Positions 10,074 through 19,387 of a DNA stretch of 64,000 nt are shown piece by piece. The position numbers and the translations under genes were made by a program. The notes beneath the pieces were generated by a model, which was given only the letters and a program-made list of their open reading frames with translations, was not told the origin of the DNA and searched no databases. The number at the start of each line of letters is the position of its first letter. The first letter of the stretch is position 1. Origin of the DNA: an uncultured Pseudomonadota bacterium (GTDB lineage Bacteria; Pseudomonadota; Alphaproteobacteria; RF32; CAG-239); contig CACWKS010000004.1 of the NCBI GenBank assembly GCA_902761535.1, positions 5,357 through 69,356 on the forward strand, in the 5' to 3' direction.

Positions 10074-10823
10074 ATGAGCGAGAGTAATACTATCTTAACA
10101 GAAACCGAGGGAAGAATTGGTATTATTACCATGAATCGTCAAAGCGAAATGAATGCTGTTAATTTGGAGATGCTTAATGATATTGCCTATCAAGTACAAA
10201 CTTGGGAATACGATGACAATATTCGTTGCATTATTTTACGCGGCAATGAGACAGCTTTTGCTGCCGGTGTTGATATGAAGGCTTTAGCTCAAGAAATATC
10301 ACAACAAAGTTTAGCTCTAAAAGCATGGCAAGATGAATTTAATAAAATAGCTAATTGCGTAAAACCGATAATTTCTGCGGTGTCAGGTTATGCTTTGGGG
10401 CTGGGTTGTGATTTGGCAATGGCCGGTGATATCATTTTAGCATCTGAATCTGCTCAATTCGGTTATCCAGAATTGAGTATCGGTTTGATTCCTTCTTTTG
10501 GAGGGTGTACAAGGCTTATAAAAAGAATCGGCAAAGCAAAAACTATGGAAATTATATTGACAGGAAGGGCTTTTAGTGCCGAAGAAGCTTCGTCTTGCGG
10601 ATTAATCAGCAGAGTCGTACCTTTAAGCGATTTATTTGATGAAGCTATACGTGTGGCAAAAAGAATCGAGACTTTACCTTATCAAGCAGTGTTGCAAGCT
10701 AAAGAAACTTTAAAACAGGTTGAAAATATGAATTTGCAAAACGGTCTGGAGTTAGAATTAAAAAGTTGTCGACTGAGTATGAATACTCGCGATTTTTATG
10801 GGATTTTAGATAATTTTAAGTAA
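10074..10823 (+). CDS. Enoyl-CoA hydratase/isomerase (crotonase) family protein.
   Basis: Crotonase-fold motifs (AAGVDMK, ISAVSGYALGLGCDLAMAGD). Confidence 0.8.
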   Translation: MSESNTILTETEGRIGIITMNRQSEMNAVNLEMLNDIAYQVQTWEYDDNIRCIILRGNETAFAAGVDMKALAQEISQQSLALKAWQDEFNKIANCVKPIISAVSGYALGLGCDLAMAGDIILASESAQFGYPELSIGLIPSFGGCTRLIKRIGKAKTMEIILTGRAFSAEEASSCGLISRVVPLSDLFDEAIRVAKRIETLPYQAVLQAKETLKQVENMNLQNGLELELKSCRLSMNTRDFYGILDNFK

Positions 10824-10940
10824 AAAAATAAAGGAGAATCGATCTCTCACTTAAAATTGTTGTTGACTTATTGGTAAAATCAAGTCTATAAAACACCTAC
10901 ATTGTTTTTTTTGGAATAACTTTATAAATGGGAAAAAAAA

Positions 10941-11201
10941 ATGGCCAATCATAAATCTGCAAAAAGCAGAATCGTAAGAAATAATAAAAGAGCTGTTATT
11001 AACGGTGCTCGCAGAAGTCGTGTACGCACTTTTGTAAAAAAAGTTGAGGCTGCTATTGCTTCCGGCGATAAAGAGCTGGCTCAAGCATCTTTTAAGACAG
11101 CCGAATCTGAGTTTATGCGTGCGGTAAGAAAAGGTGTATTCAAGCTAAATACCGCTTCTCGCAAAATTTCACGTCTGTCGAGCAAAATTAAAGCTTTATA
11201 A
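10941..11201 (+). CDS. rpsT: 30S ribosomal protein S20.
   Basis: [26 protein letters not shown], typical of S20. Conserved position upstream of dnaA in alphaproteobacteria. Confidence 0.9.
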   Translation: MANHKSAKSRIVRNNKRAVINGARRSRVRTFVKKVEAAIASGDKELAQASFKTAESEFMRAVRKGVFKLNTASRKISRLSSKIKAL

Positions 11202-11229
11202 TTTTCTTCGTTTTGCGAAATTTTTAAAA

Positions 11230-11280
11230 CACAAACTGTCACCGGTAAATTATCGGTTTTCGGTTTGTGTTTTTTTGTTT
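11230..11280 (+). terminator. Rho-independent terminator after rpsT.
   Basis: acacaaac...gtttgtgt stem followed by a T7 run. Confidence 0.5.
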
Positions 11281-11289
11281 GAAAGTCAA

Positions 11290-11492
11290 ACGAATCAGGC
11301 GAATCTGTATAAAATACCTGTCAAGAAATTTAATTGAAATGTTCTATAAAAGTTCTGTTGTTTTTATGTTTTTTTTGAAATAATGTCCTATCAACTTCGT
11401 TAGAGTGATTGACTTTGAAATTTTGAGATTTTCGAATCTTCACGAGCGAATCTGACAATTAAACTTTTTTGTATGTTATTGAATACGAATCA
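11290..11492. promoter_or_regulatory. Cluster of five CGAATC (GANTC, CcrM-type methylation) sites in the dnaA leader. A sixth, GAGTC, lies at 11687.
   Basis: GAATC at about 11292, 11301, 11433, 11447 and 11486, each in a CGAATC(A/T) context. Confidence 0.5.
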
Positions 11493-11755
11493 GTATTATT
11501 AATCAGCAAATTTAGTTTTGCTTTTGTCAGAGATTTAAGAAATGTGCTTTAACAAAGCATCTGCCAGCAAGGTTTATAATTTTTGATGTTTTATGCATAT
11601 ATTAGAAAGTTTTCGATAGGATATTAAACTAAAGTGGTGATTGACCTGACAACTTCAGGGGAATTTGTTTGAGGTTTTCGATTGAGAGTCTTATTCAAAT
11701 GAAGTTTTAAGGTTGATTTTGATTGAAATTTTTAAGAATAATTGGGGAGTATAAT

Positions 11756-13201
11756 ATGACCGAAGATCTTATTGTTAACGGTAGTTCTGTTTCCGAACAG
11801 TGGGGACAAGTTTGCGAACAACTCAGAGGTGAAATAGGTGATACTGCTTTTGAAAGTTGGTTAAAACCGTTAACGGTCGGAACGTTTAGTGACGGAACAA
11901 TGAATATTTGTGTACCGACGCGTTTTATGAGAAACTGGGTTATTACAAATTATAGCGACAGAATTCACAAGATTTGGGAGAAGAAAAATCCCGGCATTAA
12001 GAACATTAATTTTATCGTACAAGCCGGTCAGGATGTTATGCAGGCACATGGAATTTACAGTCCGACCTGTCCTTCTCTGATTAAGAAAATTCCTTCAGGT
12101 TCACCTATGCCGCAAAATATATATCAGTCAGGTGCTGTTGCTGCGGCCAATGCTAATGACGGGATTTTGAGTGATTCACTTTCAGTACCGTTAAATCCTC
12201 AATATACTTTTGAAAATTTTGTAGTGGGTAAAACCAATGAGTTTGCCTATGCTGCAGCTCGCAAAGTTGCCGAATCGCGCAATATATCATTTAATCCTTT
12301 GTTTTTATATTCCGGTGTCGGTTTAGGTAAAACTCACCTTATGCATGCTATTGCCTGGCATATTAAACAACAGGATCCTTCACGGAATATTGTTTATCTT
12401 TCCGCTGAGCGTTTTATGTGCAAATTTGTCAGAGCTTTACGCTATAAAGATACAGCAGCTTTCAAAGAACAATTCCGTTCGGTTGATGTTTTGATGGTTG
12501 ATGATGTGCAATTTATGGGCGGAAAAGATATTACCCAGGAAGAGTTCTTTTATACTTTTAATTCGTTAATTGAAGAAGGGCGGCAAATTATAATATCTGC
12601 AGATAAATCTCCTTCGGATTTGGAGGGAATCGAAGCACGCTTAAAATCACGTTTGGGTTGCGGATTGGTAGCAGATATTCATCCTACTGACTTTGATTTG
12701 CGTATCGGTATTTTGAACAGCAAAGCTAAGCAAATGGGTTTGGAATTGCCGCCTAAGGTCGCCGAGTTTTTAGCTACTAAAATTACTTCGAATATTCGTG
12801 AATTGGAAGGTGCTTTGCGTAGAGTAATTGCTCATTCTCAATTGCTCAACGATCACGAAATAACCTTGGATATGACACAAGATATATTGAAAGATATGTT
12901 ACGTTCGTTTGATAAACGCACAACTATTGATGAAATTCAGAAAAAAGTTGCCGAACATTTCAATATATCGGTTCGCGAAATGCAGTCTTCGCGTCGTGCT
13001 CGCACGGTTGCTCGTCCGCGTCAAATTGCAATGTATTTGGCAAAACAGCTTACCTCTCGTTCTTTACCGGAAATCGGTCGTAAATTTGATCGCGATCATA
13101 CAACGGTTATGCATGCGGTTCGCAAGGTTGAAGAGCTGATTATGGAAGATGTTTCTTTAGCTGAAAATGTGGCGGCTTTACGTCGGGCTTTAGATGCTTA
13201 G
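11756..13201 (+). CDS. dnaA: Chromosomal replication initiator DnaA. The ORF opens at 11723; the likely start is 11756, with a GGGGAG SD.
   Basis: AAA+ motifs (GVGLGKTHLMHA, box VII). C-terminal DNA-binding helix (DHTTVMHA). Confidence 0.92.
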   Translation: MTEDLIVNGSSVSEQWGQVCEQLRGEIGDTAFESWLKPLTVGTFSDGTMNICVPTRFMRNWVITNYSDRIHKIWEKKNPGIKNINFIVQAGQDVMQAHGIYSPTCPSLIKKIPSGSPMPQNIYQSGAVAAANANDGILSDSLSVPLNPQYTFENFVVGKTNEFAYAAARKVAESRNISFNPLFLYSGVGLGKTHLMHAIAWHIKQQDPSRNIVYLSAERFMCKFVRALRYKDTAAFKEQFRSVDVLMVDDVQFMGGKDITQEEFFYTFNSLIEEGRQIIISADKSPSDLEGIEARLKSRLGCGLVADIHPTDFDLRIGILNSKAKQMGLELPPKVAEFLATKITSNIRELEGALRRVIAHSQLLNDHEITLDMTQDILKDMLRSFDKRTTIDEIQKKVAEHFNISVREMQSSRRARTVARPRQIAMYLAKQLTSRSLPEIGRKFDRDHTTVMHAVRKVEELIMEDVSLAENVAALRRALDA

Positions 13202-13221
13202 TTTTTAGCTTAAATATTAAA

Positions 13222-13254
13222 GCAGACTTCCGTTGTTGGAGTCTGCTTTTTTTT
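13222..13254 (+). terminator. Rho-independent terminator after dnaA.
   Basis: gcagact...agtctgc 7-bp stem plus a T8 run. Confidence 0.7.
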
Positions 13255-13269
13255 AGAAAGTTATCAAAC

Positions 13270-13668
13270 ATGGAAAAAATCATTAAAGTCGGTGTCGGGG
13301 TTTATGTTTATGATAAACAGAATCGACTTCTGCTGGGCTTAAGAAAATCACCGCACGGAAACGGGACATGGTGTCCGCCGGGCGGACATTTGGAATATGG
13401 CGAAAGCTTTGAACAGGCGGCCAGCAGGGAAACCAAAGAAGAAACAAACTTGGATATAGCACCGGCAGATGTTGAGGTAGTCGGCGTTACCAATGATTTT
13501 TTTAGCGAATCCGGCAAACATTATGTTACCGTGCACCTGAAAGCAAAAGTATTTAGCGGAGAGATTAAACTTTGCGAACCCGATAAATTTGCCGAATGGC
13601 GGTGGTTTGATATGGATAATTTACCGGAAAATATGTTTTTGCCGGCAGCACAATTTTTAGTTAAATAA
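13270..13668 (+). CDS. NUDIX hydrolase (MutT-like).
   Basis: Nudix box GGHLEYGESFEQAASRETKEETNL. Confidence 0.85.
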   Translation: MEKIIKVGVGVYVYDKQNRLLLGLRKSPHGNGTWCPPGGHLEYGESFEQAASRETKEETNLDIAPADVEVVGVTNDFFSESGKHYVTVHLKAKVFSGEIKLCEPDKFAEWRWFDMDNLPENMFLPAAQFLVK

Positions 13669-13755
13669 TAAAGATTTATTGGATGTATGGTGTAAAAGAT
13701 ATCTTAACTAGCGTTAAATATTCCTGTTTTTGCCTATGATATAATGGTTGGATTT

Positions 13756-14565
13756 TTATTCAGGCAGAGCTAATTTAACCAAAACCGGAACGTGGTCGGA
13801 CGGACGCTCAAGAGTGCGAAATTCGCGTAGAATTTTGACGTCTTTAATCATATTTTGCATATTCGGTGTTACCCAAATATGGTCCAATCTTCGCCCCTTG
13901 TTATTGGTTTGCCAATTAGGATTGCGATAACTCCACCATGAAAAAATTTTTTCCGGCTCCGGATAGATTTGACGAACAGCATCAATAAAATCTAAAGAAT
14001 TAAATAATCGGGTTAATCTTTGCACTTCTATCGGCGTATGAGAAACGATACCTAACATTTGTTTGTGATTCCAAACATCATTTTCGCTCGGTGCAACATT
14101 AAAATCCCCGCAAAACAGGATTTTTTGACCACTGAACGAGGTTTTATGTTGTTCGTAATATTCTGCCATATCATCCATAAAACACAATTTGTGGGCAAAA
14201 GAAAGGTTTTCTATCGGGTCAGGAATATCACCGCCGGCCGGAATATAAATATCGTTGATTTCAATGCCTTTGACAACAGCTTTGATATGACGGGCATCGT
14301 GTTTGCCCACCCAATCTTTTCGCTCAATGTTTTCAAGCGGAAATTTGCTTAGGATAGCCACACCGTTATAGCCGGCCATACCATATAACGCAATGTGTTC
14401 ATAACCTAACATTTTGATGTCGTTAAAGGGAAAATCGATCTCTTTAGCTTTAACTTCCTGCAAGCAGATAACATCCGGTTGATATTTTGCGGCCAGTTCT
14501 TTCAATAACTCCATTCTGATGCGAACGGAATTAACATTCCAAGAAACTATAGAAAGTTCAACCAT
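13756..14565 (-). CDS. xth: Exodeoxyribonuclease III (Xth), paralog 1.
   Basis: SWNVNS...LQEVK N-terminus. ExoIII/AP endonuclease fold motifs. Confidence 0.85.
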   Translation of the reverse strand: MVELSIVSWNVNSVRIRMELLKELAAKYQPDVICLQEVKAKEIDFPFNDIKMLGYEHIALYGMAGYNGVAILSKFPLENIERKDWVGKHDARHIKAVVKGIEINDIYIPAGGDIPDPIENLSFAHKLCFMDDMAEYYEQHKTSFSGQKILFCGDFNVAPSENDVWNHKQMLGIVSHTPIEVQRLTRLFNSLDFIDAVRQIYPEPEKIFSWWSYRNPNWQTNNKGRRLDHIWVTPNMQNMIKDVKILREFRTLERPSDHVPVLVKLALPE

Positions 14566-14568
14566 CTT

Positions 14569-15180
14569 TTATTTTTTCTTTTTGAAATTGCGTGAGCTGT
14601 CTTTTTTATCTTTGAAAACAAATACGTCATCGGCAATATCTGCATCTTTTTGTGCGTCATATAAGGATAAAGTTACCTCAACACTTTGAGGATCGACAAT
14701 TTTCCACTGCTTCAATTCAAAAGGATTATTGGAAAAAACCAAAGTAATCGGTCCGGTATCGCTCTTTTCTTTCATTTCCAAAGTTATCATTGTAGAGCCT
14801 TTGTCCTGATAAAAATCAACAATTTTTAATGCTCCGCCTTCAAGTTTTATTTTGTCGGTCAAAATTAAAGATAAGGGAATATCGCTATAATCAATATTGG
14901 TAACTTGGTCTAAATCCAAATCTTTATAAGTGATTAAATCACCATTGCCTACGATTAGGACATTAGTTGGCTCTGCATACTCCATGCGAATTTTATTGGG
15001 TTTTTTGATGAATAAACGTCCCTCGGCAGTGGCTCCGTTAGATGCCATTTGCACAAATGTAGCTTTAAGACTGTTTAATGAATTAAGATAATCTTCAATT
15101 TTTTTTATATCTTGTGAAGTTATGGCTTGAGCATTGAACGACCAAAGCAACGCAAGCATAAATCCTATGATTTTTTTCAT
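14569..15180 (-). CDS. lolA: LolA-like periplasmic lipoprotein carrier. The ORF extends to 15297; the likely start is 15180, at the signal peptide.
   Basis: Signal peptide MKKIIGFMLALLWSFNAQA. LolA-like beta-sheet composition. Confidence 0.6.
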   Translation of the reverse strand: MKKIIGFMLALLWSFNAQAITSQDIKKIEDYLNSLNSLKATFVQMASNGATAEGRLFIKKPNKIRMEYAEPTNVLIVGNGDLITYKDLDLDQVTNIDYSDIPLSLILTDKIKLEGGALKIVDFYQDKGSTMITLEMKEKSDTGPITLVFSNNPFELKQWKIVDPQSVEVTLSLYDAQKDADIADDVFVFKDKKDSSRNFKKKK

Positions 15181-15248
15181 TGTAATAGCCCTTTTAAACC
15201 AATTTAGAAGTATAATATATTCGTTTTCTTTAATAAGTCCAGTAAAAC

Positions 15249-15282
15249 AAAAAAACCTGTCAACATTTAAAACGTTGACAGG
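15249..15282 (-). terminator. Rho-independent terminator of the small peptide gene. A near-perfect 27-bp palindrome followed by T7 on the minus strand.
   Basis: cctgtcaacatttaaaacgttgacagg at 15256-15282. On the minus strand it is followed by TTTTTTT. Confidence 0.65.
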
Positions 15283-15300
15283 CATAATAAAGTTCAATTT

Positions 15301-15435
15301 TTAATAACCGCCGCAACCACAGCCTTTGTGAGTATTAGAGGTTTCTTTTTCTGAAGATGCTTCCTTAGTCGAGCTTTTAGAATCTGCAGAAGAGTTCTTT
15401 TGAGCTGATTTATTATCTCTCATATCTTTACACAT
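15301..15435 (-). CDS. Unannotated 44-aa hydrophilic peptide, MCKDMRDNKSAQKNSSADSKSSTKEASSEKETSNTHKGCGCGGY. It is below the ORF-track cutoff.
   Basis: AAGGAG SD 6 nt upstream of the ATG at 15435. TAA stop at 15301-15303. Dedicated terminator hairpin immediately downstream. Confidence 0.5.
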   Translation of the reverse strand: MCKDMRDNKSAQKNSSADSKSSTKEASSEKETSNTHKGCGCGGY

Positions 15436-15521
15436 ATTTTTCTCCTTAAATTTGAGTTGTTGCCTTTAAGGCACAAAAATAAGTAAGTATTATCCGCATA
15501 TAAACAAGTTAAACTTTAAGA

Positions 15522-16442
15522 TTACATATTGCGATGGTAAAATATACCATTGTTAAACCCTTGAATTCCGTTATCTTTATCCGCCATAGCTAATCGTTTT
15601 AATGCATAGGCGACATATTCTTTTTCTTTTTCAATACCGATAAAATGTCTTTTTAATTTTTTGGCTACCACCGCCGTAGTTCCTGAGCCAACAAAAGGAT
15701 CAAAAACAACATCGCCTTCATCAGAAGATGCTAAAATCAGTTTGGCAATCAATTTTTCGGGTTTTTGAGTAGGATGAGGAGTGTTTTCGGCCATCGACCA
15801 AAACGGCACGGATATATCGGTCCATATATTTGACGGATAAGTCAAGCGCATTTTATTTTCGTCACGTTGAAACCAATCCTTCGGTTGACCTTTTTTATCT
15901 TTATAAGGAGCCAAAACCGAGCGTAAAATTTTCACACTGTCAATATTAAACTTATAATTTTTGCTTTTGGTAAAAAACCAAATATCTTCTAAGCAATTTT
16001 TCCAATTTTTTAGAGCTCCGCGACCTTTTTCGCGCTCCCAGGAAATTCGATTTTGCAAAATAAAATATTTTCCAGCAACAAACGGCACGGATATTGAAGA
16101 TTTCCAATCGGTGCAAATGTAAATCGAGGCATTGTCTTTTAATAAACGAACGGTTTTTTTTAACCAACTGTCAAGCCATTCGGCATATTTGTCATCTGAC
16201 ATTTCTTTGAAATTTGATGTGCCGAAGTTTTTATTAAGATTATAAGGAGGATCGACAATCATTAAATCCACACACTTGCTCGGCATAAAATCCATAACCT
16301 TAAAAGTGTCTTGCCAAACAATTTTATCTTTTATTTCTGCCAAAGATGTTTTTTTACCCAACTTAGCAGCTTTTTCGAGCAAAGATGTTTGTTCGTTTGG
16401 TGTCAGAGTAAGAGTTTTATTGCGAGGAGCTTTTTTTTGCAA
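15522..16442 (-). CDS. Beta-class N6-adenine DNA methyltransferase, CcrM/M.HinfI-like, orphan.
   Basis: VDLMIVDPPYNL motif IV precedes FDPFVGSGTT motif I. CcrM-like N-terminal region (KYAEWLDSWLKKTVRLLKD). No adjacent restriction endonuclease. Confidence 0.75.
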   Translation of the reverse strand: MQKKAPRNKTLTLTPNEQTSLLEKAAKLGKKTSLAEIKDKIVWQDTFKVMDFMPSKCVDLMIVDPPYNLNKNFGTSNFKEMSDDKYAEWLDSWLKKTVRLLKDNASIYICTDWKSSISVPFVAGKYFILQNRISWEREKGRGALKNWKNCLEDIWFFTKSKNYKFNIDSVKILRSVLAPYKDKKGQPKDWFQRDENKMRLTYPSNIWTDISVPFWSMAENTPHPTQKPEKLIAKLILASSDEGDVVFDPFVGSGTTAVVAKKLKRHFIGIEKEKEYVAYALKRLAMADKDNGIQGFNNGIFYHRNM

Positions 16443-16718
16443 TCAATCCTCGCCGAATTTATTATTAATCAATTTTGCAAGTGCATTTAAGGCTTCCTGA
16501 GCTTGATTTCCGCAAGCCGATACTTTAATAGTGGTTCCCTTTGAGGCAGCTAACATCATTAAACCCATAATCGAATGACCGCTCACTTGTTGACCTGAAC
16601 GTTCCACTTCAATTTCGGCATCAAAAGATTCGGCAGTTTTGACAAACTGTGCGGCAGCTCGTGCATGTAATCCTTTGATATTAAGAATTTCCAATTCTTT
16701 GCATAAAGATTTAGCCAT
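16443..16718 (-). CDS. HPr-family phosphocarrier protein (NPr).
   Basis: His15 context KGLHARAAA. Ser46 region. Confidence 0.85.
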   Translation of the reverse strand: MAKSLCKELEILNIKGLHARAAAQFVKTAESFDAEIEVERSGQQVSGHSIMGLMMLAASKGTTIKVSACGNQAQEALNALAKLINNKFGED

Positions 16719-16720
16719 AA

Positions 16721-17119
16721 TTATTTTCCTAACAGTTGAGAAGCAATGTTTATATATTTTTTTCCGGCTTCTTGTGCAGCTTCAACCGTTTTTTTCATGT
16801 CATTATCCTTACGGAGTGATGCTATCTTTATTAACATGGGCAGATTTATTCCCGCCAAAATCTCCACATTGGCTCGATCCATCATTGAAATTGCTAAATT
16901 AGAAGGAGTTCCGCCAAACATATCGGTCAGTAAAATAACACCATTACCGCTGTTTGTTTCATTAACCTTGCTTAGAATCTCGCTGCGACGCATCTCCATA
17001 TCATCATTTGGACCAATACAAACCGTATCAATTTGTTCTTGAGGTCCGACAACATGCTGCATAGCCGAAACAAACTCTTTGGCTAAATTTCCATGTGTAA
17101 CCAACACCAATCCTATCAT
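16721..17119 (-). CDS. PTS EIIA, mannose family (EIIA-Man/ManX-like).
   Basis: N-terminal GLVLVTHGNLA with the active His. Confidence 0.8.
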   Translation of the reverse strand: MIGLVLVTHGNLAKEFVSAMQHVVGPQEQIDTVCIGPNDDMEMRRSEILSKVNETNSGNGVILLTDMFGGTPSNLAISMMDRANVEILAGINLPMLIKIASLRKDNDMKKTVEAAQEAGKKYINIASQLLGK

Positions 17120-17131
17120 TGTGAACTCCGT

Positions 17132-17557
17132 TTATTTAACGTTTTTTTCGCCATTATTCCAAATTTTAACCGCGCCGAAACTCTTGAGCAATTCATCGCG
17201 GCTCTTAGCTTTTACCAATTCATCGGCACGTGTTTGTTTGCCGTTGAAAACGATTTCTTCAACATTTTCAACCGGAACGCCGTAAATTCTTTCGACCATT
17301 TTACCTTTCAACTCAACAATCATAACAAATTCGGATTCAGCTAAAGGCTCAACCGTTTCTTCCATAATATTGTCCAGACGAACTGCCAAATGAGCATCTC
17401 TTTTCAATAATGCGGTTTGTTTGCCGTCAAATTGCAACACCGGATCTTCCGGAGTGCCGGAACGAGCATCAACAAAAATCGCCAACTCGCCGTATTTGTT
17501 TTCAATAATTTCAAAGAAATCCTGTTTTTCAATCAAAGTATAGTATTGCGTTTCCAT
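17132..17557 (-). CDS. Hypothetical 141-aa cytoplasmic protein.
   Basis: ORF immediately upstream of the PTS genes. No recognisable motif. Confidence 0.45.
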   Translation of the reverse strand: METQYYTLIEKQDFFEIIENKYGELAIFVDARSGTPEDPVLQFDGKQTALLKRDAHLAVRLDNIMEETVEPLAESEFVMIVELKGKMVERIYGVPVENVEEIVFNGKQTRADELVKAKSRDELLKSFGAVKIWNNGEKNVK

Positions 17558-17638
17558 ATTAAAAAATCCTCTGTTGCCAAATTGTTAAATCTATTTTATA
17601 ACAATAACATCAAACTGTCAATTTAAGGTTAACGAGTT

Positions 17639-19387
17639 ATGCAAAAAACAGCTTTAAAATTTATTTGGTATTATCTCAAAATTTTCAAATTGATGCTTGT
17701 TTTGATTTTGACGCTTATGTCACTATCAAGATTGCTGGAACAGGGGGCACAGTACTATTTTGCCAAATTATTTGAACATATTGCTTCTGCTGTTGGGCAA
17801 GCTGATTATTGGCAAATTACCTTTGATTTCATCGTTATAATCACTGTTTTAGCATTGCTTGGCGGATTTCTTAGGATGTTAGCTGATTGGTTTTCTTCCA
17901 GATTAGTACCTCACATTCGCTCCGTAGTTATACGTGATACATTTGATTATGTTAATAAACAATCTATTTCTTATTTTGTCGGCGAAATGACCGGTAATAT
18001 TTCCAATAAATTTCACCAGTTGCAAAATGGAGTAATTGATTTTTTCGTTCAAATTCATGGTTTTCTTCATGATACATTATATACGGTAATTACCATTGGT
18101 ATTCTGACATATCTAAATTGGATGCTTGGATTGGGTATGATTTTATGGGTAGCGTTAATGGTATATCAAGGATTTCGATTTGGACGTAAGCGTGCAACTT
18201 TATCCAAACAAACTTCAACTCTTTCCAGTCAAACTAATGCTCAAATTATAGATTCGATCGCTAATTATGCGGAAATCAAAAGTTTTGCTAATTACAAATT
18301 TGAAAGATTCAACCTTCTTCGTTCTTTGCGTTTGTGGCGCAAGGCCGAAACTACCGAACAAAAAGCAAAAGTTAAAATTCGAGCTTGTATGGAATTTTTA
18401 GCTATAATATCCATTGCAATTTTTATTATCATTAATACATTGTTGTTATACTGGCAACAAATTGACGTAACCACTTACATTTTTGCATTATCAACATTTG
18501 ACCGTCTCAGTTGGACGAGCTTTTCGGTTAACTGGGCAGTCAACAATTTCACGCGCATTACCGGCCAAATGAATTCAGCACTGGAAACTTTAGCGATTGA
18601 TCCGGAAATAGTCGATTCGCCATCGGCAACAACGTTGAAGATCAAAAAAGCAGAAATTAAATTTGATAAGGTATGTTTTCACTACAATAATCAACAAAAT
18701 ATTTTTAAAAATTTTAATTTGGACATCAAAGCAGGTGAAAAAATCGGCATTGTCGGATCATCTGGTTCAGGAAAATCTACTTTGATTAAACTTATATCTC
18801 GTTATTTTGATACCTCATCAGGTACGGTCAAAATCAACGGAATTGATATTAAAGATATTACCCAAGATTCTTTGCATAAAAATATTGCCGTAATTCCTCA
18901 AGATGTTTGTCTGTTCAACCGCACAATCATGGATAATATTCGTTATGGTAATGTAAATGCATCTGATGAAGCCGTTATTAAAGCCGCTAAAAACGCATCC
19001 GCCGATAAATTTATTGAGAAATTGCCTGCATCTTATAAGACCAAAGTGGGAGACAGAGGTGTAATTTTGTCAGGCGGAGAACGGCAACGTATTGCCATAG
19101 CTCGTGCTATCTTGAAAAATGCACCGATTCTTATCTTTGACGAAGCTACGTCTTCTTTGGATTCCGAGAGCGAAAAATATATTCAGGATTCAATGAAAAA
19201 ACTGATGAAAAATAAAACTGTCGTAGCTATAGCCCACCGCCTTTCGACATTGAGAAAGATGGACAGGATAATTGTTTTAGAGAGCGGAAAGATTGTTGAA
19301 GAAGGCACTCATTTGAGCCTGTTACGCAAAAAAGGCCGTTATGCCAAGCTGTTTAAAATGCAGTCTGACGGATATCTTCAGGCATAA
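17639..19387 (+). CDS. ABC transporter permease/ATP-binding fusion, MsbA-like exporter.
   Basis: Six TM segments plus an NBD with Walker A GSSGSGKST, LSGGERQRIAIARA, and Walker B ILIFDEATS. Confidence 0.88.
   Translation: MQKTALKFIWYYLKIFKLMLVLILTLMSLSRLLEQGAQYYFAKLFEHIASAVGQADYWQITFDFIVIITVLALLGGFLRMLADWFSSRLVPHIRSVVIRDTFDYVNKQSISYFVGEMTGNISNKFHQLQNGVIDFFVQIHGFLHDTLYTVITIGILTYLNWMLGLGMILWVALMVYQGFRFGRKRATLSKQTSTLSSQTNAQIIDSIANYAEIKSFANYKFERFNLLRSLRLWRKAETTEQKAKVKIRACMEFLAIISIAIFIIINTLLLYWQQIDVTTYIFALSTFDRLSWTSFSVNWAVNNFTRITGQMNSALETLAIDPEIVDSPSATTLKIKKAEIKFDKVCFHYNNQQNIFKNFNLDIKAGEKIGIVGSSGSGKSTLIKLISRYFDTSSGTVKINGIDIKDITQDSLHKNIAVIPQDVCLFNRTIMDNIRYGNVNASDEAVIKAAKNASADKFIEKLPASYKTKVGDRGVILSGGERQRIAIARAILKNAPILIFDEATSSLDSESEKYIQDSMKKLMKNKTVVAIAHRLSTLRKMDRIIVLESGKIVEEGTHLSLLRKKGRYAKLFKMQSDGYLQA

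Noticed and set aside
11202-11755. The dnaA upstream region as the chromosomal origin (oriC).
   Set aside because: I saw no cluster of DnaA boxes (TTATCCACA / TGTGGATAA) and no CtrA TTAA-N7-TTAA sites. In alphaproteobacteria oriC is usually near hemE, not dnaA. The GANTC enrichment fits promoter regulation instead.
15522-16442. A restriction-modification system or other defence locus around the DNA methyltransferase.
   Set aside because: There is no endonuclease, specificity subunit or helicase nearby. The neighbours are lolA and PTS genes. The enzyme looks like an orphan CcrM-type regulatory methyltransferase.
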